64,000 nt of DNA from Lama glama (taxonomy: Eukaryota). The stretch covers positions 57,352,001-57,416,000 of the forward strand of contig CM052816.1 of NCBI GenBank assembly GCA_028534125.1, given 5' to 3'. The position numbers were made by a program, and so were the translations under genes. Shown here one piece after another: positions 1 through 12,280 of this stretch; within the stretch, counting starts at the first letter, position 1, and each line of letters begins with the position of its first letter. The notes beneath the pieces were generated by a model, which saw nothing but the letters and a program-made list of their open reading frames with translations, was not told where the DNA came from and did not search any database.

Positions 1-110
1 TGGCCCTGCCCGCGGAGCCGCCGCCGCCGCCCGAAGCACACGCAGGCCGAGGTCAGGAGCAGAACCCTCGGATTCCGAAACCCATACAGTGTCCAACATC
101 CTTCTCTTAC

Positions 111-143
111 CCAAAAATTCTCAACGAAATGCGCCATGACCAT
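111..143 (-). CDS. FCHO2: FCH and mu domain containing endocytic adaptor 2, first coding exon (MVMAHFVENFW); gene continues left of the window
   Basis: Reverse complement reads ATG GTC ATG GCG CAT TTC GTT GAG AAT TTT TGG|GTAAG. This matches the FCHO2 N-terminus (human MVMAYFVENFW) with a canonical donor at 110-106, inside a CpG island, downstream of TNPO1 as in human. Confidence 0.95.
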
Positions 144-273
144 CGTGCCGCCGCCGCCGCGCCGGGTTCCGCGTCCGCGCCCTCCCGCCGCTGTGTAAAC
201 ACCGGCCCGGCCCCCACGACGCCGCCGCCGCCGCCGCCGCCTTCTTCCCGGAGGCCGGCCCGCACCCTCCAGG

Positions 274-349
274 GCGCATGCGCCACCTAGCGGCCGCCGC
301 GCGCGCGCGCGGCGAACTCTCCAACGCCACGGCTTGGTTGCGCATGCGC
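274..349. promoter_or_regulatory. Two NRF1 motifs and a CTCF-like motif in the FCHO2 promoter
   Basis: GCGCATGCGC at 274-283, TGCGCATGCGC at 339-349, GCGCCACCTAGCGGCC at 280-295. Confidence 0.65.
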
Positions 350-3300
350 TCCGGACCCTATTCCCGGGTTTTAGTCGGGTTCCTCTGCCCAGCACGGGCG
401 CGGTTGAGAATGAGTATTCTCTTGGGAATGATGAAGAACTCGGTCTGGGAGCAGTCACCCGGGAGACTGTCCGCAAGCTTCGCGGTGCGATGCGTACCGG
501 CTCATGGACTGAGCCAAGAGAGGAGCGGGCCAGGGACAATGGAATTAGCAGCCAGGCTGTCTGCTCTCCTCAAAAGACTCGCTCCCTGCGCTTTCGAGGA
601 TCTCTAAGGAATCCAGGTCCGGACAAGCTTAAGATGGGGGAGACTTGGCTTCTTATCACCCGGAGGAGACTCAGAAACCTTTGGTCCACAGGGTGCCTTT
701 CCTTGATATGGAGCTAAAAACCAAAACAAAACTTTGCGAAGCCGAAAAGGAGGAAACGCCCTGATAGCCCTGGAAGCTGCGTGAGACCCCGGCACCAAGT
801 ACGAGGCCGAGGCCGCTGCCCTCTAGCACGCCCGGAGCAAACCAGTCCGGACTGCCGACAGCAGGAACGTGCCCGAAACGAAAGAATCTCCCTAACCCAG
901 GCAGTTAAAAAAAAAAAAAAAAAAAGTCTCTTCCAGGACTTGTTCGTTTTAAGTCCCTGGTTCTCTTAGCAACTTGTACATTTTGGAAAAAGAAACAAGT
1001 TTAAACTCGCCTCAGCATAACAAAGAAACTAAATCCCCTCCCCACGCCTGGCTTTCCAGAGGTTAAGGGGAAAAAAATTAAACCGGGTCAATTAAGTCCA
1101 AAATCTGCAGTTCTTGAAGCCAGGTCCAGCAAATAGATTTAGTATAGCTTTGACTGTACATGCTTGTCACACCTCCCCAGATCTTATGACTTCAAACATG
1201 GTGAACACGACACCACTGTTTATGGCAGATTATTTCCATCCCCCAAAGTAAAAACTATACAGTGCCTTTCACATGGATGAGACTGTAAAGTGTTTGTTCA
1301 GTTGGAAATCATTGGATAATGGTACTGTGATTGTATCTTTTTAAGACTATCTTTTAGAAATACAGAGGATGTAATGATAAAACATCTAGGATTTGTTTTA
1401 AAGTAAATCCTTGAGGGGGGAATGAGTAGGAGTATAGATGAAACAAGAGTAGGTAATTCTTGGAGTTAGGCAATAGAAACGTGGTGATTCACTATATTAT
1501 CCTCTTTTTGAGTATGTCTACTTTTTCCTTTCCTTAAAAAGTCTTCATAAAACTATCTAGTTTGGGGAAAAGTCACCTAGTTTTGGAGAAAGTCAAACTT
1601 AGAAATTTGCCACAATTCTTTAACCAATTATTAGTCTAGCACTATTTTTTTTTAATGCCGAAGAAATTTTAAGAAAAATACAGCCATCTAGATCATCCTG
1701 CAAATGAGCTTGGCATTAAATTCTGAGTATCACTAAGCACCACCCCACTTACACCTGGACAGATGAGGGCCATATTCTGGACCCCATGCTTTAAAGGACC
1801 TTACATATCACAAACATACACATTATACTTTATTAGTAAACACATGAGTGTCTCTGCTACTCCTGATCTGAAGCTAAACACTGAGGAAACACTTTCTCGT
1901 ATCTCTTGCCCTGTGTCTTTAAAACAAAAGGTGGAACTCCAAACAGTGAAAATTTGTGTGTGCTATAGCTGCCCACAACAGAGATAGACTGCTTTGGAAT
2001 TTAGGCTGAATCTGAGCAGCAGAAGTGCTTAGGAAGAGAGAAGACAAATTAGTTACCTTGTGAATCCTTCCTCTCAACTTGAATGCAATAGATTTTTGCA
2101 TAACAAAGTATTGTTTTGCATAACGCAGTGGTGTCTACCACAGATTTTCCTTGTTGTAGCATTCTAATTTGTGGTTCCAAGTATGACAATTTAGCATAGT
2201 ATTCAAATAGTCACACAAGGTACACTGGCCTCTATTCGTACTCTTACCTCTGCTCTCATAAATATTAGAGGCAGGCCTGCCATGAAGATAAATATTCTGT
2301 AGATTTTGGGCATTTACAAGGTTCATAAAGGCCGAAACACCATGTGCTGTAATTGCTTATATTTAAGTTGTGGGACTTCGTAGTAAGTAGTGATTAAGGT
2401 GAGCAATCTTCAGACGAGCTGGTGTAGTAGAAGAATGTGGATGGTATTAGGCACATTCTGACCTGTCAAGTGGGGTTTCCAAGGATGCATAGTGAAGATA
2501 AAGCTCTGAGCCTATAGCCTCACTCATATGCCTTAAAGTATTTGTGTCCCAGACACTTAGCCCTTGTTTATCCAAACACATTCTGAAATTATTAAAAATG
2601 GGCATAGATAGTGGACAGTGTTCCTCTCACTGCCTATAATACCTGGCACTTAATAGTCACACAGTAGCTGTTCAGTGCAAGAATGGATGAATGATTGAGC
2701 CTATTTGAAATGTCAGGGTGAATGGACTTTGGATAACTCTATGGACTTTCAATAACTATGCTTTTAATTAGTACTAGATCTTAGAGCTTATAAAAATGTC
2801 ATTATTTAAATTCTGCTTGATTTACTTTTCTCACATTACTTTAAATATTTTCAAAGGAATTCTTTTGGGCTTGAGAATATTTCTTAAAGGATAAGCTACC
2901 TTTTGTAATAAAAATAAAATCAAAATGATAATATTCAAGATAAGCTGTTACAGGAGAGCTCCTGTTGGGTACAGGCCCCTTAAATGATTTGGCCTTCAAT
3001 TTTGAGGTGACCCTACCACCAGATTCATCTTCCTCTTAGGATCTCTCTCTAATTATACCTACTGTCCACATGTTGGCTTCCAGGGGATGCTCTTGGTCCC
3101 CATTAAACTCTGGCCCTAGCAGATATGTTACAGCTCTGTCAAAAAAAAAAAAAAAAAAAAAAAAAACCAAGCCCCAAATGGGGTCATGGCACATTTCTTT
3201 GAGAATTTTGAGGTAAGACAAGGATATTGGAAATTGTGTGAGTTTTGAAGTACGAGGGTTTCTGTGCCTGACTTAGGCCTGCGTGCACTTCGGGTGGTAG

Positions 3301-3833
3301 TGGCCTCCACTTGCAGGCTTGCAGCCCTTCCTTTAGGGGAGAGGGTGTGGTTGGTGGGGGTGTCTGCTGTTAATGCTCCGCCCCTCTGCTAGTTTAATCC
3401 TTTCCCCCAGTCCAAAGATCCACAAGAATTGTTGGTGGTTACCAGCTGGGATCATACTGGGTCAGATTTAAAACTGGACTGGATCCAACTTGAGCTGGAC
3501 TGGGTCCAGTAAAAGCTATTGCTAATGGGGATCTTGGAAGCCAGAAAGTCTAAAAAATTGATGGCTATGGTTTGAACATTTAAAAGCTGTTATACTATGG
3601 TATATAGCTGGCCACCTTAAGAGTACTCCCATGATTGGGTAAGTTGGCTACAGGATCAGTCCAATTGATACAAAGCTTCCCACCAGGCCCCAAGAAAATT
3701 TCTGTGCCAACAACTTACACTGTAAAACATCCCACAATTTCCAATCCCAGGCATGTCTCTGTTAGGTATTAGTTTGGCTCCACAAAACCCAAAGTCCTAG
3801 TTAAAAGAAATGCCTTCCCTTATATCCAGAATT

Positions 3834-4554
3834 TGTTACCAAAGCAGGCTGATTTGCCCAATTTGCAGCAAGCCCAACACTGAGATGTGGAAGTCTGTAG
3901 CAGAGAAAGAGTTTATTCACAAGCAGGAGACAGGAAAACAAGTCTCAGATCCACCTCCCTGAAGGCAAAGGGCTTGAGATATTTATGGAATAAGGAAGCA
4001 AGGTGGTCTTAGATGTGGGGAAAGGTGACTGGAGGCAGGGAAAAGTTGAGGTAATCAGCACTCTGGGCAGGCGTATCTGGGTAACATGCTTCATGGGATG
4101 CGTATTCAAAAATGGAGGTGCTTCGTATGATTTGAGGGTAGGCTTTTCAGCCTTCTGACATCAAAAGATCATTCATTGGACACCTGCACAGGCTCAGTTT
4201 TCCCTAAAACTGTGGTCCCGATCAGCTTTAGTCAGCATGAACTGAACAGGAGCTGACTCCAAGTTGCTAGAAAACAATTAAAGCCACATTATTATAGTGA
4301 CCCATAGGTCAGAGGTATTATCTATAGGGGTGATTAAAAAGTTTTGTAATATATTACCTAGGCTATGTGAAGCTTGGAGGGTATGCAATTACAGAAAGAA
4401 AGAAAATAATAACTAAAGTAAGCTTAATCAGTAAAGGCAGGTTACAACATAGGAGTTTTTAACAAGCTGTTCCCTTACCTACTGTTCTATAAGACATGCT
4501 GGAGAATTTCTGTTAAGACATCAGCTTCTGTTAACCTTGTAGTGCATGGTTTCA
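3834..4554 (-). mobile_element. Solo LTR nested antisense in the provirus
   Basis: TGTTACC...GGTTTCA termini; near-TSD AATT/AGTT; minus-strand AATAAA (3912-3917) and TATA-like CCATAAATAT (3979-3988). Confidence 0.7.
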
Positions 4555-4829
4555 AGTTGAGTATGCTACCTTCTGGCACACCTGCTTATTTTATGTCCAA
4601 GAACTATAGTCTCAAAGCTATAAATACCTGTGAAATTGGCAAAATCTTATAGACAACCTAGAATTTTGTCTCCTGAGGATTTGACCTTGTAACCTTCAGG
4701 TTGGGGGACCCAAAATATGGCTAGAGAGGGATGTGGGTTGTACCCCCATTTGCAACTGGATATGGCTGGACAGAAATATGAGTTAAACTCTGTTTATGGC
4801 TGGAGTCCTACCAAACTGTTGCTAACTTT

Positions 4830-5391
4830 CAAGGGAATTACAATCTAGAATTGCAGTGTTCTGAGGTTCATTCCGCTATTGTGAGGAATGTTCCAATTGG
4901 GTAAGATCATTTTAAAAGTGCACTTAAAAGTAAGGGTTCCCATTATCAAAGAAACAGAATGGGATACCTATTTTAATTGGTATGCACAAGCCTCCAAAAG
5001 GCTTTAAGATTCCAAAAATAGCTGCATTAAAAGACTAAGGAAGAAGTAAAGGTCTATAAGTTACCTAAAATAAATAACTATAAAACTGACATAACTCCTA
5101 CTGTCCCCTCTATGTTCCTTTGAGTACTCATTCTAGTAATTCTCTGTCTGAATTGTGTTTCCACTCTGAAAAGACTACATGACTACACACAAAGTTTGCC
5201 AAGTTAATGACCTGACAAACACCCCTATATCGACCTTTAAGGGAGGGCCCCCATTTGGGCACTTCCCAAAGTTGTCTGGCACTCTAAGGGATTTTCTGGT
5301 AAATTGCTATGTTATTCCTATAATCAGCCAAGGGAAAACTAAATTTAAAATTGGTGGAAAACCTTGCCAAATTCTGGTAGGTACTGGAGCC
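4830..5391 (+). pseudogene. ERV gag-like and truncated protease remnants
   Basis: Fragments NLELQ.. and ETEWDTYFNWYAQASKR; KFKIGGKPCQILVGTGA is a decayed LVDTGA active-site motif at 5371-5391. Confidence 0.55.
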
Positions 5392-8300
5392 TACAGGTGG
5401 AATCCTAGGAAAACTGACAAAAGCTGGCTAAGGGTGAGAATTCTTACCAGAGTTAGCTCTCCCTCGATCTCTGTCTGTAGGCCCCAGAGGAGAAAGGAAA
5501 ATAAAATTTTGTGTTATCCCTCTCTCTCCCAGGGACAACTGTTACTTTCTTTTTTTGTTATTATCTAAGTCTTTCTTTTGGCTCTCTTTGGGAGTGGCTC
5601 TAAGGTCTTGGGGGGTAATATCTTCTGTACCTTCTTTGAGAATGCCTCCTAAAACCAAGGGGTTGTTCAATACCGCCAGAAATATTTACTGTTGCCCCAG
5701 CCGAAACCTGATAATATCTCTGAAAAAATTTAATAACTCTATAATCAAATCTGGCCAAGTTGGAAGCTGATATTCAGAGCCTGATAGGAATTTTTTAGGC
5801 CTTCTTCTCAAAGCTAAACATACCCAGAGGGAAAGAAAAGCATTCCAGCATAGGTGGATGGATGTTGACAGTCCTTTCATCTTATTTAGGTGGCAACCCA
5901 ATTCTTTGAGGAATTGAAAACAGCTGTCCTTGTTTTACAAATCTAGTCTTTGCAGGACCAGAGGGGTGGCTCCTGAAACAACTCAAAGTCCACCAATCTT
6001 TTTTAATAATCTCAAATCCTCCCCTACTTATCACAAAAGGCTTGTAAAGTATTGGCCTTAGGCAACCAAAGTCCTTTTTGGGGGGAACTTTCATTCTTTC
6101 CCTCTGCCTTTGAGATGTTAAGTATTAACTCTTATCTAGGCCATCTCCTTAAGAAGACTGTAAGGGGAAGGTCATCTGAATTTAGAAGAATGAAAAATCA
6201 TGTGTCTTCTCTTCTCTTTAGTAGAAAAATCTGTAGCCATCTGAGCAGATGAACTATTGCAACTGGTATTTTGTAACTACTTACATTATCATACCAGTCT
6301 CATGGCTAAAATTTTTAAATGATGCTATAAGATCTCTGTTTGCATCTGTCTATATGATTATGTGTCTATAAATAGGTGTTGTAGATGTGTGGCATTTTCT
6401 ACTTCTAGATGGTATTGCCAAAATTAATCTGTGAAAGAGCTCTATATTTAATTGGCTTAAAGAAAATTAAGTGCTTATATAAATTATACTCTCAGAAATA
6501 TAATTAACACTAGCCTAAATTAATGTCAGGTTCATGTGATCTGGGAAAATACTTGGTATTAAAGCTAGTTTAAGTTCGTTAGTTTAATTAAAACAGGCAG
6601 GTCTTTAGAGTTACCAACATTGAATATAACGTAGATAAACAACTTTTGTTTTACCTGAATTTACTAGTCAAATTTGTTTTCTTTGTTGCAAAATTTACTG
6701 GCAAAGATAACTTAGAATGATGGCTGATTTTGTCTAATGTCTAATCAAGTTTTTGTGGGTAATCTAAACAATTGTTAGGAGCAAATGATTTAGATAGATG
6801 TAAGTGGGTTAAGAGTTTATAGATAAACTTTTTAGCAATAATTATATTTTATAACATGGGTGTGTAAAAGTAGTTTCCAAAATGTTTTTGGTAACTTGAA
6901 AGTTTACAGTCTTGCAAAGTTAGGTTAAATAATGGAAATACACTGAAAATCTAGGTCATTTCCAAAGAAGATGAAATAGTGAAACATTAATTACTAACCA
7001 CAGATTTACATACTTTTGGCTTTTTAATATAAAGAAACTAAAGGTATTTGGATTTATTAGTAAACATGTTTTGTGCTTTATTGAAAGATTGTGCTGTGAA
7101 GAAGCATATGTTTCTAGAAGTTATGAAATGTTCTCATAAATATGCCAATCTAAAGAATGGTGGTAACAGACAGTTCACAGTGGCTTACTGACTTTTCATT
7201 AGGACTTAAGCTTTCCAAAGGTTAAGAATTCTGATTAGTATATGTAATTAAAGCTACTAAAAATAATAAGAGAAACAACTCTATATGCAAGGAAAGTAGG
7301 ATGTGGATCTTTTGGCTAAGACGAAGTGTAAGACATAAAGATGCACTTTTGTTGAGAGAAAAGAAACTAAATTTGGCCTAAAGTAAAAATTGATTATTTC
7401 AAAATGGGAAAGGGGAGAATAAAGGACAAATTAAATAGCAAATTGAGAAGAGAGAAAGAAAGAATTTTACCTTGTGTAATTAAGCTAGTTAAAATTGACT
7501 GATACTATAAGAGTGTTAAAAAATAAGCTTTAAAATCAGTGGTGTATGTACATAAACTAAACCTTAATTTTCATTCATCTGCTGAAAGGATAAAGTTTTT
7601 ATGTTCTACTGGCCTGCTCTTGATAATAAGATATTGTGAAATGTTTTTCTTTTTCTTTTAAGTAAGTACCCAGAAGGCGAAGATTTCGTTTTGTTGTTTT
7701 ATTAAAATAATCTCCTGTGCTGAATCATGTCTTTGGTTTTGGTCACAACTGTGTGATTTTTTTGTATTTACCTGTGAAATCTTTTATCGTTACTTTGGTC
7801 AAATAGAGAATTAAGTGTTGTTTCATGATGATCTGTGATCCTATTTAGTCAGGTGTTTTTAAAACCTTTTGATATTTTTGATGAACTTCCCCAAATCAAA
7901 TTCTAGATAAAGTCTTTTTGACCTCGAACTAACTTTGGGTTTTTCCAGAGATTCCCCTGGAAGATCTTAAAAGATTTGTTCTCCCTCATTATAAAAAGGA
8001 AGATGATAAACTAGTTAAACTTATTTAATATGTTAAATTACATGGGAAGCACTGTCAAATGAGAAGTAACACTTAGCTTTCTTTATGTTGTGTCTGTTTG
8101 GGTGTATGTTATAAGTGTTCCAGAAACTGTGAAATTCCTGGAAGTCTGATATGTCCTGGTATAATGTTATCATAATTCTGGTTGTTATTTTAAAATGTTG
8201 TACCTCACAAAAATAACTATATTTCTTTATCAAACGAACTCCAACAATGACATTTTTAAGTCTTTGTCATTTACAGTTATTGTTTTGCTTATATGCTTTT

Positions 8301-9164
8301 GCAAAAGTGTTCCTGCAAAAGTACTTCATCTTCAAGGAGATTCATGAAAAAGGACTTTTCACAAGTACAGGTTTCTGGTAACTTTAAGGTCCTGAAACTG
8401 AACTGGGTAAGAATTTCCAAAACTCGTGGAAAAACTGAATTCAAGCAGAACAAGAATTAATAACATGGGAGCGAATGAATTGAGGAGGATGACCATAATT
8501 TATCTGAATTGTTGTTTCAAGCTAGGCTGGTTCTTTAATGTTTGATTGAAGAAGATTGAAGAAGACTTTTTTGCTTAAGCTATATATGACCTACAGCAAT
8601 TTAGTAAAATATACCTTTGTCAACAAAGATAGAATTATTTACTTTTTCCCTACCTGATCCTTCCAATAGTTATTTGTATAAGTTCAATAAGAATTTATTT
8701 TCCATGTAACAGGATGCAATTATAAACATTGGCTCTATTACCAAGATTTTAACTGAAATGGTATTGAAGGTAAAATCTGATGCTAGTCCTTGGTTTGGCT
8801 TCCTAGCCTCAGAGGCTTTTCAGAGTTCAATCTGAGATAAAAGGTTCGAGCAAAGCAGTCTTAAAAAGAGCTTATGTGGTCAATCACTATTCTTGCTACA
8901 CTTATTAAATAATCAGGCCAAACTTAATGCAAGTAAGTTAGTTTTACACTGATTATCTTTGGTAAAAAAAAATAGGAGTAATTGCAGAGAGAAAAATTTA
9001 TGTGCACATCTTTGCAAATATTAGATTCTAATCCTGTTAATTGTCTAGGACGTTTTGCTATGTATCGGCAAACTGAATTCTAGTTTTGTCAAATATCTGG
9101 CTACAACTCTCCAAACTAATATTTCCAATTTTCTCCCACCCTTCTGATTTGAAATCCCTAAGAG

Positions 9165-9350
9165 CAAAGACTGCCTTCAGATTTCCCTGGAAAGGACTAT
9201 ATCAGGCCCTCTTAACTACCCAAATGTCAGCCAAACATTAAGGATTTGAACTTTGGATATACACTTTATAGCTGAAGAAGGCTCCCCCTGATACCTGGTC
9301 TTGTATAAATGCCAGAGACCTCCAAATCAAATTGACTAGGAAAGAAGTAG
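9165..9350 (+). pseudogene. ERV integrase C-terminal remnant
   Basis: PWKGLYQALLTT...WI..LKKAPPDTWSC resembles the gammaretroviral WKGPY-VLLTT-WIH module; disrupted by stops and frameshifts. Confidence 0.7.
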
Positions 9351-9399
9351 CTGACATCGATGTAAACTGCTTCCACTCAAGATGCTAGATCAAGATTTC

Positions 9400-10400
9400 A
9401 TACTTTAACTAAATATGAAAATTTCTCTTCTTCCTTCTCTTTCTTTTACAGTGGCATTGGCCTGGAAAAATACTGATATCACCCCTACCTCCCAGGCCAT
9501 TGCTAAGGCGAGGTGACCTCTGGAATCTAGAACAACTTTTTATTTCAAGCTAGGAAAAAACCTAACTGATCCCTGGCTTGAATAGGAAAATGCAGCAATC
9601 TCTGCAAATAAGTCCATTAACAGTACCACCTTAGTGGGAGTGGTTTGTACCCCAATAGAATTTAACTTTGTCTGTGGTGGTTATCATTCTTCTTGAGCCT
9701 GTGAACACCTAGAAGGCTGGCACATAACCAGGCAATGCCTCTTAGGTTATCTAACTGTGCCCTGTCTACAAACAAACTGAGACCTCATTGGACAACTTCT
9801 CTGAATTTACATTATCAAATTTGAAAGGAGTTAGGAGAAGGCATTCATGATTCAGGGTTCATTTCTTTTGGCAGGGCTCTTCTCCCCTGGTTAAAAGAGA
9901 ATACAAGTGAGGTTATAATCAGGAACACCCCCTTAACTCTTGAAAATATTGCAGTCTACTGCAAAAGGAACAGATGCACAAAAAAGACAGACAATCTGAC
10001 CAAAGTTGTTCTTGATAACAGGATAGCCCTTGATTATTTTTTAGCTGAACAAGGGAGGTATCTGTGCTGTGGCCAATACCACCTACTGCACCTGGATTCA
10101 CACTTCTGGGGAAGTTGAAACTCAGTTACATCAGATCACAAGCAGCTGGCTTTAAAAGGTGACTCCATCAAATGGTCTTTCTTTGACTTATTTGATTTTG
10201 ATTGGTTTCAGTCTTGAAGGCCATGGCTCCAAAGTCTAGAGTAGACATTAGGGATGATCCTGCTCATAATAATCATAATAATCTCTCTGGTGCATTGTTC
10301 TTTCAAGAGTTGTAAATGTATGCTCATAGCTGCTAACTACCAAGCAAATGATCTCTAAGCAAATGAGCTCCCTAAGATTGGAACATGGAAAAAGAAATAA
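9400..10400 (+). pseudogene. ERV env remnant (TM subunit with immunosuppressive domain)
   Basis: VVLDNRIALDYFLAEQG/GICAVANTTYCTWIHTSGEVETQLHQIT at ~10005-10140 with a +1 frameshift; hydrophobic TM-like segment at ~10250-10300. Confidence 0.85.
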
Positions 10401-10585
10401 AGAGAGTGACTGACTTAAATAATATGAGCTAGAAGTGCAACCTGTGAATACCTCACAGATTCAGCAAAAAAATGGGATCAATGAAAGTGTTGAGAACTAT
10501 AGAGCAGTGGCTGAGAGTGGTACTAATGCCTTAAATTTTGGTCACATTCTCCATTAGGTCAAGAGTTTGATCAAAAGGGGGGAAT

Positions 10586-10958
10586 TGTTAAAAAGAAGTA
10601 ACAGGCCCAAAAGTAGAATTGTTATGCTAATCCCTACCAAGATTTAATACCTAACTAATCACAGTTTCATCCTCTCCCAGGAGTGGAATTTTACACCAAT
10701 CAGTCTGGAATTGCCTGGTCAGCATTAGTGAGGTAATCTGCCTGAGACCCTCCACCTTCCCCTAACGGAAGGTGGCCTGGTCTGAAATAATCTGTTCTTT
10801 TAATTTCTTTATCCCACCCTCTTTCTACTTATAAAAGCCTTCCATTTGGTACAGCTCCTGAGAGCACCCTTATATTCTGTTGGATGGGATGCTGAATGCA
10901 TGAATCTTTGAATAAAAGCAATTAGGTCTTTACTCAGTTGGATTTTTGTTTCTTAACA
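10586..10958 (+). mobile_element. 3' LTR of the provirus (373 bp)
   Basis: Polypurine tract AAAAGGGGGGAA immediately upstream; TGTTA...TAACA inverted termini; TATAAAA at 10830-10836; AATAAA at 10911-10916. Confidence 0.88.
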
Positions 10959-12099
10959 GCTCAAAGCGCATTTAAACTGTTTAAACATAACTTAATAAGT
11001 GGTAGCAAATAAAAGAGGCGAAATTAACACAAAATGACCTAAATTTAAATTCTCTGGTTTACAAAATATCTCTACAATTTGAGGACAAGGCACCCAGAGA
11101 ACTTCCCCCTTTTCATTCCTTAGTTTGATCTCCCATTTTCAATACCGGATTCACAGCTCATAGCACATTTATCAACATTTAGTTTCAAGGGCCAATTCTT
11201 CATTACATCATTTAAAACTAGTTCTATTCCAGAAGAGATGGCTATAAAGTAAAACACATTTTTCCATTTATTTTCAAAATAATTTTGCAAATGAACTTCT
11301 GCTTGTTTCCAAGATGAGAGTGGCAGGGGAAAGCTACAAAACAACAACAACAAAAACCCCTCTCCTGTTTCCTGCTGATTTTTTCAAGGGGCAGCATCCT
11401 GTGTCAGATGCAATAGTCCTCTGTACTCATCCTGTACTTGAAAATAACAAGTGGCAAAAAAGCTAAGCTCCATTAAAAGGCAGAAGAGGAACAGGCACAT
11501 CCCTGAAATCTGATGGTCTCTCACTTTCCCCTACTCAACAGCAGCATATTGAAAGCAAAAGCTTTATGCAAAACAGAAAGAAAAGCAAAAACTTGGCAGA
11601 TGGTATTTAGACAGGCTGCTATACAAGGGCCAGGAGGTAGAAACATGTTAATCAGATTGCAGAACAGAGCTAAATATCACCCTCTGCACACTCTTCTCAG
11701 TTCAAACAGCTTCTTAGGCACACATTTTCTCTCTCCTGAGTGCACCTGGAATTCACTGCCTGCTCCTTGATGTGACATCGTCTCTTCCTCCAGGGTGAGA
11801 TGTACTCTCCTAGGAACTCTCTTACCTTGCTGTCTGTGAAAGAAGCACAGAACACTTGATATGTTGTTCAGGTGTTTGTAGTGCTTGTGACCACAGGGAA
11901 CCCAAAAGGGGTTTCAAGAATACGGAAAGAGAAACTAGTAAAATACAGACAGTCAGAAAGGTGATGATAATCTAAAAACATACAAAAATGTTTGTCATTA
12001 ATGATAAGCAGAAATGCAGAAGATGACACAGAAAATACATTAAAATTATAAATATGTGAAAGTATGCATGTAAATGGACAAAAATCAAAAGAAAACATG

Positions 12100-12280
12100 A
12101 ACAAGTTCCTACTGTATAGCTCAGAGAACTATATTCAATACCTTGTAATGACCTATAATGAAAAAGAATATGAAAAAGTTATATATGTTTAACTGAATTA
12201 CTATGCTCTACACCAGGAATTAACACAACATTGTAAATTAAATATTCTTCAATAAAATAAAAAATTTTTAATTAAAAAAG
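12100..12280 (+). mobile_element. L1 3' end fragment
   Basis: Typical L1 3'UTR text CCTACTGTATAGC..AACTATATTCAATACCTTGTAAT followed by AATAAA and an A-rich tail. Confidence 0.75.

Larger units (their letters stand above)
1..900. promoter_or_regulatory. CpG island / FCHO2 promoter and GC-rich 5'UTR
   Basis: Very high GC and CpG density; (GCC)n tracts at ~148-160 and 221-240; alternating (GC)n run at ~297-310. Confidence 0.9.
3137..10958 (+). mobile_element. Decayed ERV1-class (MER4-group-like, non-autonomous) provirus with mostly deleted 5' LTR
   Basis: 4-bp TSD GCTC (3133-3136 and 10959-10962); TG...CA ends; gag-like, protease-like, integrase C-terminal and env TM remnants in sense order; long AT-rich internal region; polypurine tract before the 3' LTR. 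Confidence 0.85.

Noticed and set aside
121..969. Several 60-130 aa ORFs over the CpG island
   Set aside because: GC-rich low-complexity ORFs with no recognisable homology; only the 33-nt FCHO2 coding exon is supported.
1558..2760. Short tandem duplications (20-mer at ~1558-1597, 19-mer at ~2722-2759) as CRISPR-like repeats
   Set aside because: Only two adjacent copies with no spacers, in a mammalian genome; simple slippage.
5179..5568. 129-aa ORF as a functional retroviral protease
   Set aside because: The catalytic D is replaced by G, and similarity ends immediately after the motif.
5390..6210. Possible internal inversion in the provirus (minus-strand ORFs)
   Set aside because: The plus-strand text reads like ordinary sense MER4-group internal sequence, and the ORFs are unrecognisable.
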